From: Candidatus Saccharimonadales bacterium
GTDB lineage: Bacteria; Patescibacteriota; Saccharimonadia; Saccharimonadales; UBA10212
Direction of reading: 5' to 3'
Assembly (NCBI GenBank): GCA_038245195.1
Contig: JBBRSU010000004.1
Span: forward strand, 1-61,889
DNA: 61,889 bases
Part shown: piece after piece, positions 9,257 through 18,533 of the stretch
Position numbering within the stretch: the first letter of the stretch is position 1
Layout of the letters: each line of letters opens with the position of its first letter
The notes under the pieces: model-generated
Told to the model about the DNA's origin: nothing
Database searches by the model: none
Seen by the model: only the letters and a program-made list of their open reading frames with translations
Program-made: the position numbers and the translations under genes

Positions 9257-11223
9257 GCGTAGCGTCCTTGGAGGTCTTCTTCGGTTTTACGAATTTTAGC
9301 AACCGATACAGTATATTCATGATCTTCGGTGGAAGTTCTAATCACAATAGTAGCAATTATAGCCAGAAGACTGACGATCGACAGCCAAAACATATGCCAA
9401 ATCATTCCGAAGCCAAAACTGAATGCCAGACTAGCAATAACCAGCGGCACAATTGTATTTTTGGGCATTTTAAATGAGGTATATTCAGGGTTTTTAGGCG
9501 TTAATTTAGACTGCTTAGCAACCCAAAAAGCATCACGGTCTTCGACTCTCGGGATTTCGGCGAAATTATAAAAAGCCGGTGGCGACGTACCGGACCACTC
9601 CAGTGTTCGGGCATTCCAGGGGTCGCCAGTAGTATCCAAATTCTGGTGGCGATGTTTGATGCTAACTATCAGCTGCAGAATTTGTAGGCCAACCCCAACC
9701 AGTATTACAGCCACACCTATGGCTGCAACAATGAACAGTTGTTGCCACCCTAAGGAAGCCTCGTAATGGTCCAATCGGCGAGTTGCGCCCATTAGGCCTA
9801 ATATATATAGCGGGACGAAAGCCAGTAGAAAGCCGCCTATCCAACAGTAGGCGGCATATCTACCCAACTTTTCATTTAGACTAAAGCCAAAAAATTTGGG
9901 AAACCAATAAGTTAGCCCGGCAAAATAGCCAAAGACTACACCACCTATGATCATCGTGTGGAAATGAGCCACCAAAAATAAACTATTATGTAGCTGAAAA
10001 TCAGCCGGTGGAATGGCCATGATTACACCGGCCACACCCCCAACTGTAAAAGTTGCCACGAAACCCAAAAACCATATCATCGGAGTCGTAAATCGAATCC
10101 GGCCACGGTACATCGTAAACAACCAAGTGAATATTTTAACTCCAGTTGGCACGGCGATGGCCATCGTCATAATTCCGAAGAAGGCATTAACGTTGGAACC
10201 AGCCCCCATTGTAAAGAAATGGTGTAACCAAACTAAGAATGAAAGCAAAACAATCGCCCAGATAGCCCAAACCATTGAAACGTAACCAAATAATGGTTTC
10301 TTAGAAAAAGTGGGCACTATTTCAGAGTAAACTCCGAAGGCTGGCAAAACTAGAATATAAACCTCGGGGTGGCCCCAAGCCCATATTAGGTTTACGTACA
10401 TCATAGGGTTACCCCCAAAATAGCTAGTAAAAAAATGCATGCCTAAGGTGCGATCTAAGGCTAGCATCGTCAAGGTTGCGGTTAGTATCGGAAAAGCAAA
10501 AATGACTAGACTCAGGCTGCCTAAAACGCTCCAGCAGAACATAGGCATCTTCATTAAACTCATACCTGGTGCTCGCATCCGCAGAATTGTCACCAAGAAA
10601 TTTATTCCGGTTAATAGGCTACCAATACCAGCTATCTGTAGCCCCCAAATCCAATAATCAACTCCTACCCCGGGGCTGTAAGCTAGCTCAGATAAGGGGG
10701 GATATGCTAACCAGCCAGTGGCCGCAAAACCACCGATTACCAGCGACAAATTTATTAACATACCACCCATGATGTACAGCCAAAAACTTGTAGCATTTAA
10801 AAATGGAAAAGCTACATCACGTGAGCCAATTTGCATCGGCACCACAAGATTAATCAGCCCGAACATCAGCCCCATGGCTACGAAGAAAATCATAATTGTT
10901 CCATGAGCCGTGAATACTTGTTGATAATGGTTAGGGTCTAGAAAGCCATGGTTAGAGCCAACCGATATAGCTTGTTGGGTTCGCATCATAGCAGCATCGG
11001 TTGCAGCCCTTAGTAGCATTAGTAAGGCAAAGATAATATACATCAACCCGATTTTCTTAGGATCAACGGTGGTTAGCCACTCGTGCCACAGCCATTTCCA
11101 ACGTTTTCTATAAGTTAAATAGGCTAAGACAGTAATCATGACTAAGATCAGAGATACTTGGCCGGCAGCAATTACCCAACCGTGTTGAACTTCACCTAGA
11201 TTTAGACGTCCCAAAAGGCTCAT
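9253..11223 (-). CDS. cyoB: Cytochrome o ubiquinol oxidase subunit I (heme-copper oxidase catalytic subunit)
   Basis: 656 aa. WAWGHPEVYIL, HHFFTMG and VAHFH motifs carry the canonical His ligands. Confidence 0.95.
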   Translation of the reverse strand: MSLLGRLNLGEVQHGWVIAAGQVSLILVMITVLAYLTYRKRWKWLWHEWLTTVDPKKIGLMYIIFALLMLLRAATDAAMMRTQQAISVGSNHGFLDPNHYQQVFTAHGTIMIFFVAMGLMFGLINLVVPMQIGSRDVAFPFLNATSFWLYIMGGMLINLSLVIGGFAATGWLAYPPLSELAYSPGVGVDYWIWGLQIAGIGSLLTGINFLVTILRMRAPGMSLMKMPMFCWSVLGSLSLVIFAFPILTATLTMLALDRTLGMHFFTSYFGGNPMMYVNLIWAWGHPEVYILVLPAFGVYSEIVPTFSKKPLFGYVSMVWAIWAIVLLSFLVWLHHFFTMGAGSNVNAFFGIMTMAIAVPTGVKIFTWLFTMYRGRIRFTTPMIWFLGFVATFTVGGVAGVIMAIPPADFQLHNSLFLVAHFHTMIIGGVVFGYFAGLTYWFPKFFGFSLNEKLGRYAAYCWIGGFLLAFVPLYILGLMGATRRLDHYEASLGWQQLFIVAAIGVAVILVGVGLQILQLIVSIKHRHQNLDTTGDPWNARTLEWSGTSPPAFYNFAEIPRVEDRDAFWVAKQSKLTPKNPEYTSFKMPKNTIVPLVIASLAFSFGFGMIWHMFWLSIVSLLAIIATIVIRTSTEDHEYTVSVAKIRKTEEDLQGRYA

Positions 11224-12107
11224 AAAGCGGCCTCAGCTGGTCTAAAATACGCAGGTGATAAGTATTTACCCACAACGTAATTGTATAGGCCATCGGCACT
11301 GTAGCCATAATATTTAACTTGGCTATTCACACTAGGTAAAGCTAATTGAGCGTATGAAGCCAAGCTCAAACTATCCGGCTCAAGTTTCACTCGATTGACC
11401 CAGGCCTGAAAATCTGACTCGGTGGTTGATTGCGCAATAAAATGCATATCAGCAAATCCTTGGCCGCTAATATTGGCCGATTCGCCCCTAAAATTACCTG
11501 TCTTATCAGCCAACAAATGCATATGCGTCGACATACCACTCATGGCGTAGATTTGACCACCAAGCTGGGGAATCCAAAATGAGTTCATTGGTGCATCAGA
11601 AGTTATCTCAAAATCAATCGGCACGTTTTTGGGTAGCTGTAAATAATTTATAGTAGCGATTTTCTGCTGGGGGTAGATGAATAGCCATTTCCATTGCAGC
11701 GATACAACCTGGATAGTCATTGGTGGGTTTTTAGAAACCAAACTCTTAAATGGGTCGAGTTCCCGTGAGCTGTGCCAGGTTATCACCCCTAGAATTGAGA
11801 TAATAATCAACGAACTTCCCCACCAGATCGTCTCTAGGGCTCGGTTGTGACTAAAATTAGGACTATATTTAGCTTTTTTGTTGCCCTCTCGATATTTCCA
11901 AGAGAAACCAATCAGCATCCCGAATATCGGGATTACAACAATCGAAGATAACAGCCCGGCTTCAATTATCAAATGTTTCTCTTTTTGACCGACTGGTCCG
12001 GCCGGTTGAAGTACCGGTATGTTGGTTTGAGCTAAGTATATTCCAACCGCGGTTAAGGCCAATAATGCCAATAGAACCAGAATAATGGTTTTGGACTTTG
12101 TGCTCAT
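11220..12107 (-). CDS. cyoA: Cytochrome o ubiquinol oxidase subunit II (quinol type, no CuA cysteines)
   Basis: 295 aa with two N-terminal TM helices. FWIPQLGGQIYAMSGM...ISGQGFADMHF parallels the E. coli CyoA cupredoxin region and lacks the CxxxC CuA ligands. Confidence 0.9.
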   Translation of the reverse strand: MSTKSKTIILVLLALLALTAVGIYLAQTNIPVLQPAGPVGQKEKHLIIEAGLLSSIVVIPIFGMLIGFSWKYREGNKKAKYSPNFSHNRALETIWWGSSLIIISILGVITWHSSRELDPFKSLVSKNPPMTIQVVSLQWKWLFIYPQQKIATINYLQLPKNVPIDFEITSDAPMNSFWIPQLGGQIYAMSGMSTHMHLLADKTGNFRGESANISGQGFADMHFIAQSTTESDFQAWVNRVKLEPDSLSLASYAQLALPSVNSQVKYYGYSADGLYNYVVGKYLSPAYFRPAEAAL

Positions 12108-12152
12108 GGTTAGCTTTAACTATACCAGCTTTAGTTCAAAAAATGGGGTATA

Positions 12153-12392
12153 TTGACCGGCTTGTCATCTAAGCCTATGATGGTTTTTAGGATGCTCAAA
12201 ACCCATAACAAAACTAACAAAGGCTTTAGTAAAATAATTATAGTCGGACTTTTGGTAATCGTTGGTTGTGTAGCGCCGCTGCTAGTCATTCATTTCGAGA
12301 CAGCTTACCCTCGCTGGCAACCCTTTGGTCTAGAGGCGCTCGGGTTAAGTGGTTTGTGTTTGATTTTCGCTCAGTCCCTATTAAAGCGATAA
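12153..12392 (+). CDS. Possible small two-TM membrane protein (uncertain)
   Basis: 79-aa ORF with a TTG start (or an ATG at 12177). Its 3' 107 nt overlap the tail of the convergent DUF998-like ORF, so only one of the two overlapping ends may be real. Confidence 0.25.
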   Translation: MTGLSSKPMMVFRMLKTHNKTNKGFSKIIIVGLLVIVGCVAPLLVIHFETAYPRWQPFGLEALGLSGLCLIFAQSLLKR

Positions 12393-13041
12393 ACGCCGTA
12401 ACCAGCCAAACTCCCAATACTATCATTTGGAATTGTTGGCCAGCCCCAGATGTCCGAACACTAAATGAACCTTGTTTATAATATTCATCAACTGCCCCAA
12501 GCAGCGAGACTACGGCCAGTATTAAGGCCAATGCACTAATTCTTAAGAAGTATTTTATCTTGTGTCTTGTTGAGTGAATCAAGCCCAACAGGGGTAATAT
12601 AAAATAGCAAGCAGCAATCAATATACTGCTATAGGCGTGTGATGGAAGTTGAAAATTATGAAACGATAGCGAAACCGGCACACGGCAGGCTCTATTAAGT
12701 GTTTCTGAGCAAGGTAGTACCCAAATGGAGTCAGCCAGATTGGAAATTCCCAGAACCATTAGACCAAACAGCAAATAACGCTGGACTTTGTCGTAGATTG
12801 TGGTTTTCTTATACAGTTCGACCGCTAAGCCGAATATGATTAGCCCAGATATAATGTCCAAAAACTGAAATATAAAATGGTGAGGCTGGGAGGTCACGCT
12901 ATATTCGCTAATCGAACCATCGGCTGCCAGTAGTTTGGGGCTGAGCCAGCCAGCCAGCAACCAGTTATTATAAAAAACAGCTGCCAAGACTGATGCACCA
13001 TAGTAAAGTATTAACTTCCAGTTTCTATGTGAATCAGACAT
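12286..13041 (-). CDS. DUF998-like polytopic membrane protein
   Basis: Multi-TM profile with NNWLLAGWLSP...SISEYS resembling DUF998 proteins. I prefer the ATG at 13041 (MSDSHRNWK) over 13092, which would overlap the divergent gene. Confidence 0.5.
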   Translation of the reverse strand: MSDSHRNWKLILYYGASVLAAVFYNNWLLAGWLSPKLLAADGSISEYSVTSQPHHFIFQFLDIISGLIIFGLAVELYKKTTIYDKVQRYLLFGLMVLGISNLADSIWVLPCSETLNRACRVPVSLSFHNFQLPSHAYSSILIAACYFILPLLGLIHSTRHKIKYFLRISALALILAVVSLLGAVDEYYKQGSFSVRTSGAGQQFQMIVLGVWLVTAFIALIGTERKSNTNHLTRAPLDQRVASEGKLSRNE

Positions 13042-13068
13042 TATCCGTATAATATCATTAGCTATTTT

Positions 13069-14730
13069 ATGAAACCCAATACCTGGCGACAACTGCTAAT
13101 AATTTCTTTCTTAACCGGTCTAAGCGGTCTATTAACACTTAGTAGTACCTTGGTATCAATTGCTCACTCTCGGCACCACGTTCGAATTGTGCTAACTGAC
13201 GCTCACCTAACTGTAATTGCTGGTGTAAGTTTAATTTATTTAGCAGCGCTACTGCGTAAAGGTAAATACAACGCGTGGTTAATTGCCATGCCGGTTTATA
13301 CTTTCCTAATTGTTCGTAACTATGAGCACTTCGTCATTCAGTTCCATAATGAAAACAGACTTCTGCCGTCCATTTTGAACCTGTCATTACCAATCCTAGG
13401 ACTAATACTTTTGATAGTCTTTAGGAATAGCTTCAAAGTACGTAGCGAAATACTAAGTTTCGCCTTGGCCCTTAGACGGTCGGCGATTATTCTACTGGTA
13501 GCATTCTTCTATGGCATCGCTGGTTTTTATTTACTTGATGAGAAAGACTTCCATCAAGAGCTATCGCTTACTAGCTCGGCACACTATACGGTCGATCAAA
13601 TAGGTCTCACAACCAACCGAGTTATTACACCGTATAGTAGGCGAGCTACACTTTTCTTGGATTCCTTAGGCGTATTGAGTGCCAGTGCAATCATATATAC
13701 GGCAGTATCTTTGTTCGCCCCAATCCGCTTTAGGTTACGACATTCACATCAGGATCTGCTTGACTTCGAATCATTAGTCAAAAAATATGCTCAGACAAGC
13801 GAAGATTTTTTTAAGCTTTGGCCAGCCGATAAATCTTACTTTTTTAATAGCGACAGAACCGCGGCGATCGCCTATAAGTCAACCGCTGGTACAGCCTTGG
13901 TTGTTGGCGACCCATTGGGGCCCATCAGTGAGTTCGATAGTCTAATTGAGCAGTTCAGTAATTTCTGCTGGATCAACGATTGGACCCCAGCCTTTATTCA
14001 CAGCAGCGAAACTAATCTTAGTATTTATACAAAATTAGGCTTTGAGTATCAGAAGATTGGTGAAGAGGCATTGGTTAACACCACCAATTTCACTGACAGA
14101 GTGAATGGCAATAAGTACTTTCGGCATATTAATAATAAATTCACTAAGCTTGGCTATGGCTGCGAAGAGTTAATGCCGCCCCACAATCAAGCTACTATTA
14201 ACCAGCTCAAAGCCATATCTAAGGACTGGTTATCGGTGCCGGGGCGAGCTGAGAGGGGCTTTATGTTAGGCTATTTCAGCGAAGCCTATATGCAGCGGTG
14301 TAGAATTATTGTAGCTAAAGACCAAACCGGTCAAATCGAAGCCTTCATCAATCAGGTTCCAACCATCAAGCCGAATGAAGCAAACTTCGATTTTTTACGT
14401 CATATGGCCAATAGTCCGGGCAATATTAATGATTATTTAATGAGTTTTTTTATCACCCGGTTACAAACTGATGATATTGAATTCCTGAACATGGGTTTGG
14501 CTCCATTATCGGGTTTAGATGAAGCCGACCCAGCCCAGAGTAATTTGATTACTGGTCTACTCAGCTTTACATATACGAACGGCAGTCGGTTTTATTCATT
14601 CCAGGGTTTAAAACGGTTTAAAGCTAAGTATGAACCGCAGTGGCAAAGTCGCTACATTGTCTACCGGGGCGGGCTTGGTGGCTTCACTAAGACTATCAAC
14701 GCCCTTATGAGGGCTATGCGCATAAAGTAG
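13069..14730 (+). CDS. MprF-like aminoacyl-phosphatidylglycerol synthase (TM domain plus DUF2156/LPG-synthase C-terminal domain, no flippase half)
   Basis: 553 aa. About 6 N-terminal TM helices, then FFKLWPADKSYFF...AIAYKSTAGTALVVGDPLGP and FYSFQGLKRFKAKYEPQW, typical of the MprF synthase domain. Confidence 0.7.
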   Translation: MKPNTWRQLLIISFLTGLSGLLTLSSTLVSIAHSRHHVRIVLTDAHLTVIAGVSLIYLAALLRKGKYNAWLIAMPVYTFLIVRNYEHFVIQFHNENRLLPSILNLSLPILGLILLIVFRNSFKVRSEILSFALALRRSAIILLVAFFYGIAGFYLLDEKDFHQELSLTSSAHYTVDQIGLTTNRVITPYSRRATLFLDSLGVLSASAIIYTAVSLFAPIRFRLRHSHQDLLDFESLVKKYAQTSEDFFKLWPADKSYFFNSDRTAAIAYKSTAGTALVVGDPLGPISEFDSLIEQFSNFCWINDWTPAFIHSSETNLSIYTKLGFEYQKIGEEALVNTTNFTDRVNGNKYFRHINNKFTKLGYGCEELMPPHNQATINQLKAISKDWLSVPGRAERGFMLGYFSEAYMQRCRIIVAKDQTGQIEAFINQVPTIKPNEANFDFLRHMANSPGNINDYLMSFFITRLQTDDIEFLNMGLAPLSGLDEADPAQSNLITGLLSFTYTNGSRFYSFQGLKRFKAKYEPQWQSRYIVYRGGLGGFTKTINALMRAMRIK

Positions 14731-14737
14731 GAAAAGT

Positions 14738-15859
14738 TTAATTAAACTGGCTTAAAGCACTATTTATTTGGCTGTAATCGTCAATGCCGGCACTCGGGAT
14801 CAGGGCACTTTGACCAAAATAAGTCGTATAGCTATCAAGATAATTTCGCGAATTCAAACTCCTTAGGCTTAATGACTGGAGCTTGGAGTCGGGAATCGAA
14901 TTAAAAAGTCCAAAAAGTGGTCGTGCTTCGGAAGCAGTAACATCGGTTTTAATATTACTTGCCACCGCATTTAAAACTCGAGCATTAGTTCTGGGATTGA
15001 GAACCAGCTTCCAATTAAGTTTCTGTTTGATAGCACTAAGCACTTGGCGTTGATGCTGGGTTCGATCGAAGTCTGCCTGGGCAAAACCATATGAACCTTC
15101 GGCATCACCCCTGGCCCTAGTTAGGTTAAGGGCGGTTTGACCGTCGAGTTGTGCTTGGCCGTTTGTCAGTTTCAGGGGCCCACCATCAGCCAGGCTGATG
15201 TTAGGATCAAACAAGCCTCTAGGGTCAGTACTTTGTATATTTACCGTAACTCCGCCCAACGCATTTACCGTTTGCTTGACCGTTGCATAATTAACAAGGA
15301 CATAGTAGTTAATGGGGGTTTGAAAATTAGTCGTTATGATTTGTTCCAGCAAGCCTATACCATTATCCTTATAAGCTTCGTTAATTTTTCCATAGTCGTA
15401 ACCGGGAATTTTCACATATAGGTCCCTGGGGATACTTAGCATATAACCCGATTTGTTAGACGGGTTCATACTTAATAGAATAATTGAATCAGTCAGGCTG
15501 GCACCGGCATGCCCTGGATCATCAACTGAATATCCAACTAGCAAAACATTAACACGGCCATTACCAGTGGCCTTAAGTGAGCCACCACTAATTAAGTTAT
15601 ATAAACTACCGCTACCAAATAGCTTTTGACTAGCTGAGCTAATATTCCTCGCGTCCCAGACTCCAAGCAACACTACTCCAATAAACAGCGATAGCAATAA
15701 GCTAAAAATAATCTTTTTAACACGGCTTTTTGTTGTTTTAAGTTTAACAACGGGTCGGACTTCTCGAAGGCTAGATCTTGGGGAATATGAACTTACACTA
15801 TGTGGCAGATTGCGTCCGGTCTGGATAGGCAAGTCGGATTTTAAGCGGTTTTTAGCCAT
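14738..15859 (-). CDS. LytR-CpsA-Psr (LCP) family cell-wall glycopolymer transferase
   Basis: N-terminal TM anchor. NVLLVGYS...SLTDSIILLSMN...SIPRDLYV...GKINEAY and LTRAR...DFDRTQHQRQV LCP motifs. Confidence 0.85.
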   Translation of the reverse strand: MAKNRLKSDLPIQTGRNLPHSVSSYSPRSSLREVRPVVKLKTTKSRVKKIIFSLLLSLFIGVVLLGVWDARNISSASQKLFGSGSLYNLISGGSLKATGNGRVNVLLVGYSVDDPGHAGASLTDSIILLSMNPSNKSGYMLSIPRDLYVKIPGYDYGKINEAYKDNGIGLLEQIITTNFQTPINYYVLVNYATVKQTVNALGGVTVNIQSTDPRGLFDPNISLADGGPLKLTNGQAQLDGQTALNLTRARGDAEGSYGFAQADFDRTQHQRQVLSAIKQKLNWKLVLNPRTNARVLNAVASNIKTDVTASEARPLFGLFNSIPDSKLQSLSLRSLNSRNYLDSYTTYFGQSALIPSAGIDDYSQINSALSQFN

Positions 15860-15869
15860 TAAATACCTA

Positions 15870-16865
15870 TTATGCCGAAGGCAGATGAACTATGAAAGAC
15901 GAACCTTTGCCAATGGCGGTTTTAACCTCGATGTGGCCGCCGTGAACTGTAGTGATTTTCTTGGCAATAGCTAAGCCTAGTCCGTAACCACCAGCCGTTT
16001 GTTTTGATCTGGAATCATCGGTTCGATAAAAGCGTTCAAAAATCATTGGCAGATCAGTCTGCTTAATCCCCCTACCTTTGTCGGTTATGTCTATAAGCAC
16101 ATCACGATGCTGCTTACGACTAGTAATAATAACGCTACTTTTAGCGGAGCTATACTTAATTGCATTATCAATAAATATCGCAAAAAGTTCTACTAAACTT
16201 TCGGAGTCACCCTTAAGCCTATGGTCGTCTGATTTATCGATTAATCTAATGTTTTTTTGTTCGGCGGCTTTAGCTAAGCGATCAATTGCTAGAGAAACAA
16301 CTGTTTTAGAAGAAACATCTCTCGGATCTTCAATCCGGCCATTGCCGTTAGCTAAACGCAGTAGACCTTCTGAAAGGGTTTTGAGCTTTGCCACCTCTTC
16401 CAGATTACTTTTGATTAAGGCAATAGCTTCTTCCTTTTTCAGTCCAGGGTTTCGTATGGCCACTTCGTTTTCGGTTTGAATGGCGGTAAGCGGTGTCCTG
16501 AGCTCATGCGAAGCATCAGCTGCGAAGCGAGTTTGCGATATTAAAGCTTGCTCAATTGGCTCCAGGGTTCGTCGGGCTAACCAATAACTAGCCACACCAC
16601 CGCCAACTAAAACTAACACATTAAACAATACCAAGTTAGCCTTTAAATGGCCACGATCTTCGCTTAGCTGACGTTGTCTTAGACGTGAATAATTATCGGA
16701 GTCACCGGGTCCTAAAAAATTATTAAAATAACCTATTTCGTGATTGACGTTACGTTGTAAATCTCCAGCCGAGACTCGAAACAAAAGTCCGCTAAACATT
16801 AGACTGACGGCCATAATAATCGCTAAGTACCATAGGGTTAAGCGTAAAGCGGCTGAATGAAACAT
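15870..16865 (-). CDS. Sensor histidine kinase, minimal two-TM input, no HAMP/PAS
   Basis: H-box ADASHELRTPLTAI about 15 residues after TM2. N box DNAIKYS. G boxes DKGRGI and GGYGLGLAI. Confidence 0.9.
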   Translation of the reverse strand: MFHSAALRLTLWYLAIIMAVSLMFSGLLFRVSAGDLQRNVNHEIGYFNNFLGPGDSDNYSRLRQRQLSEDRGHLKANLVLFNVLVLVGGGVASYWLARRTLEPIEQALISQTRFAADASHELRTPLTAIQTENEVAIRNPGLKKEEAIALIKSNLEEVAKLKTLSEGLLRLANGNGRIEDPRDVSSKTVVSLAIDRLAKAAEQKNIRLIDKSDDHRLKGDSESLVELFAIFIDNAIKYSSAKSSVIITSRKQHRDVLIDITDKGRGIKQTDLPMIFERFYRTDDSRSKQTAGGYGLGLAIAKKITTVHGGHIEVKTAIGKGSSFIVHLPSA

Positions 16866-17542
16866 TAGCGTCTGTCCTCCAACACATATCCGAAACCGCG
16901 ATTGGTTTGTAGAAGCGGTTTGCCGAAAGGTTTGTCTATCTTATTTCTTAAATAACCAATATATACTTCAACTGTGTTTGGTAGAACATCAGCGTCAAAA
17001 TCCCAGACATGAGAAATAATATTATCTTTTGATAAAACTCGGCCAGAATTTCGAATTAGGTATTCCAGAAGAGCAAACTCTTTAGCGCTTAAATCGATTG
17101 TTTTCCCAGCCCGTTTTACTTCATAACTAATCGTATCTAGACTTAAATCGGCAATTTTTAGAGTGTTAGACTGGGCTTGTTGGGGTCGCCTCAATAAGGC
17201 CTTAATCCTGGCAAGTAGCTCTTCAAAAGAAAACGGTTTAATAAGATAGTCATCCGCCCCAGAGTTCAGGCCTTCGACTCTATCCCTTACTTGATCCTTG
17301 GCGGTTAGCATTAATATTGGCGTATGTATCCCTGCCTCCCTGACCTGACGGCATACTTCCATACCGTCAATAGTGCCAGGCAGCATTCGGTCAATTATCA
17401 TGAGATCGTAGGCTTCGTTTAAGGCCGAGCCTAGAGCAGAGTCGGCATCGTACTCCACATCTACGGCATAATTCTCTTGGACTAAACCTTGTTTTAGAGC
17501 GTTGGCAATTTTGTGCTCGTCTTCAACTACAAGTATTCTCAT
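16865..17542 (-). CDS. OmpR/PhoB-family response regulator
   Basis: MRILVVEDEH, the phospho-acceptor region IIDRMLPG, LTAKD, and a winged-helix C-terminus (LSAKEFALLEYL...GFGY). The stop overlaps the HK start. Confidence 0.92.
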   Translation of the reverse strand: MRILVVEDEHKIANALKQGLVQENYAVDVEYDADSALGSALNEAYDLMIIDRMLPGTIDGMEVCRQVREAGIHTPILMLTAKDQVRDRVEGLNSGADDYLIKPFSFEELLARIKALLRRPQQAQSNTLKIADLSLDTISYEVKRAGKTIDLSAKEFALLEYLIRNSGRVLSKDNIISHVWDFDADVLPNTVEVYIGYLRNKIDKPFGKPLLQTNRGFGYVLEDRR

Positions 17543-17549
17543 TAAGCCT

Positions 17550-17583
17550 ATTCTACTTCAATCAGACTGAAAATTAGCTGAAT
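17550..17583 (-). promoter_or_regulatory. Candidate promoter/operator of the chromosomal RR-HK-LCP operon: ATTCAG-N5-TTTCAG direct repeat plus TAGAAT
   Basis: Minus-strand reading is ATTCAGCTAATTTTCAG (plus coordinates 17567-17583). The second half-site starts 17 bp upstream of TAGAAT (17550-17555), which ends 7 nt before the ATG at 17542. The geometry matches the four island sites. Confidence 0.45.
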
Positions 17584-17610
17584 TTTCTAAGGTGTTACAA
17601 TATCTTTAAA

Positions 17611-18507
17611 GTGAACAAGCACTATAGTGTATATATAAAAATAGTTGGGCTAATTGGCAGCTTAGCTTGCTTGGCGATTTTTATTCATCGACCGAGTTTC
17701 CCTACTCCTGATAAATTATTCATTTTTGCAATTTTTGGTTTTATGATTTTTGGTCAAGCTTGGCAATTTTTTAAGCGACTATTCCCGTTTGTGGCAGTAA
17801 TTTTGGTATATGAATCATTTAGAAGTTTCGCGGATAAGCTCAATACCCATGTTGACTACCTACTATCACCACACATAGATAATTTAATTTTTAGAAATTT
17901 GCCAACTGTCTATTTGCAAAGCTGGTTATGGAAAGGCCATACCAGTTGGTATGACTATGCCTTATATATTCCATATCTGCTTCACTTCGTACTGCCTCTC
18001 GGATTAGCGATACTGGTCTGGAAAACCAGAGAAAAAGATTATTGGCGAGTTATTTCAACCTATTTAGTCGTGGCGTTTGGTGCATTTGTAACTTTTTTTC
18101 TATTTCCGACTGCTCCGCCGTGGTTAGCTAGTCAAAATCATTACATTCAGCCGATTACCCGCATTTCCAGTAACGTTTGGGCTGGCTTGGGACTACACGA
18201 CTTCCCGTCTGTCTATAACCATATTTCGCCTAACCCTGTGGCCGCCATTCCTTCTCTGCACGCCGCTTGGGCAGCTTTATTAGCAATCTTTGTTTACAAG
18301 TTATACGGTCGACGCTGGGGATTAGTCGCAACCATCTATCCTTTATTAATATTTTTTGGAACCATCTATGAAGCCGAGCACTACGCATTTGATGTTTTTG
18401 CTGGGATTGCCTATGCCCTGGCTGGATATTGGATAACTCCATACATCTTTCGATGGTTAAAGCCCCTGTACATCAGAATCCCTAAATGGCAATTGCTCCA
18501 AAACTAG
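17611..18507 (+). CDS. PAP2-superfamily membrane protein (PAP2_3 / inositolphosphotransferase-like)
   Basis: 298 aa, polytopic. PSLHAAW (C2) and EAEHYAFDV (C3, HxxxD) phosphatase motifs. GTG start. Confidence 0.7.
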   Translation: MNKHYSVYIKIVGLIGSLACLAIFIHRPSFPTPDKLFIFAIFGFMIFGQAWQFFKRLFPFVAVILVYESFRSFADKLNTHVDYLLSPHIDNLIFRNLPTVYLQSWLWKGHTSWYDYALYIPYLLHFVLPLGLAILVWKTREKDYWRVISTYLVVAFGAFVTFFLFPTAPPWLASQNHYIQPITRISSNVWAGLGLHDFPSVYNHISPNPVAAIPSLHAAWAALLAIFVYKLYGRRWGLVATIYPLLIFFGTIYEAEHYAFDVFAGIAYALAGYWITPYIFRWLKPLYIRIPKWQLLQN

Positions 18508-18533
18508 TTACGAAAAGTGTAAAATATGAGTTA

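Noticed and set aside
12108-12152. A sigma-70 promoter for the cyo operon (TTGAAC ... TATAGT).
   Set aside because: The two hexamers are only 9 bp apart, which is incompatible with a functional -35/-10 pair. No better candidate was seen in the 45-bp gap.
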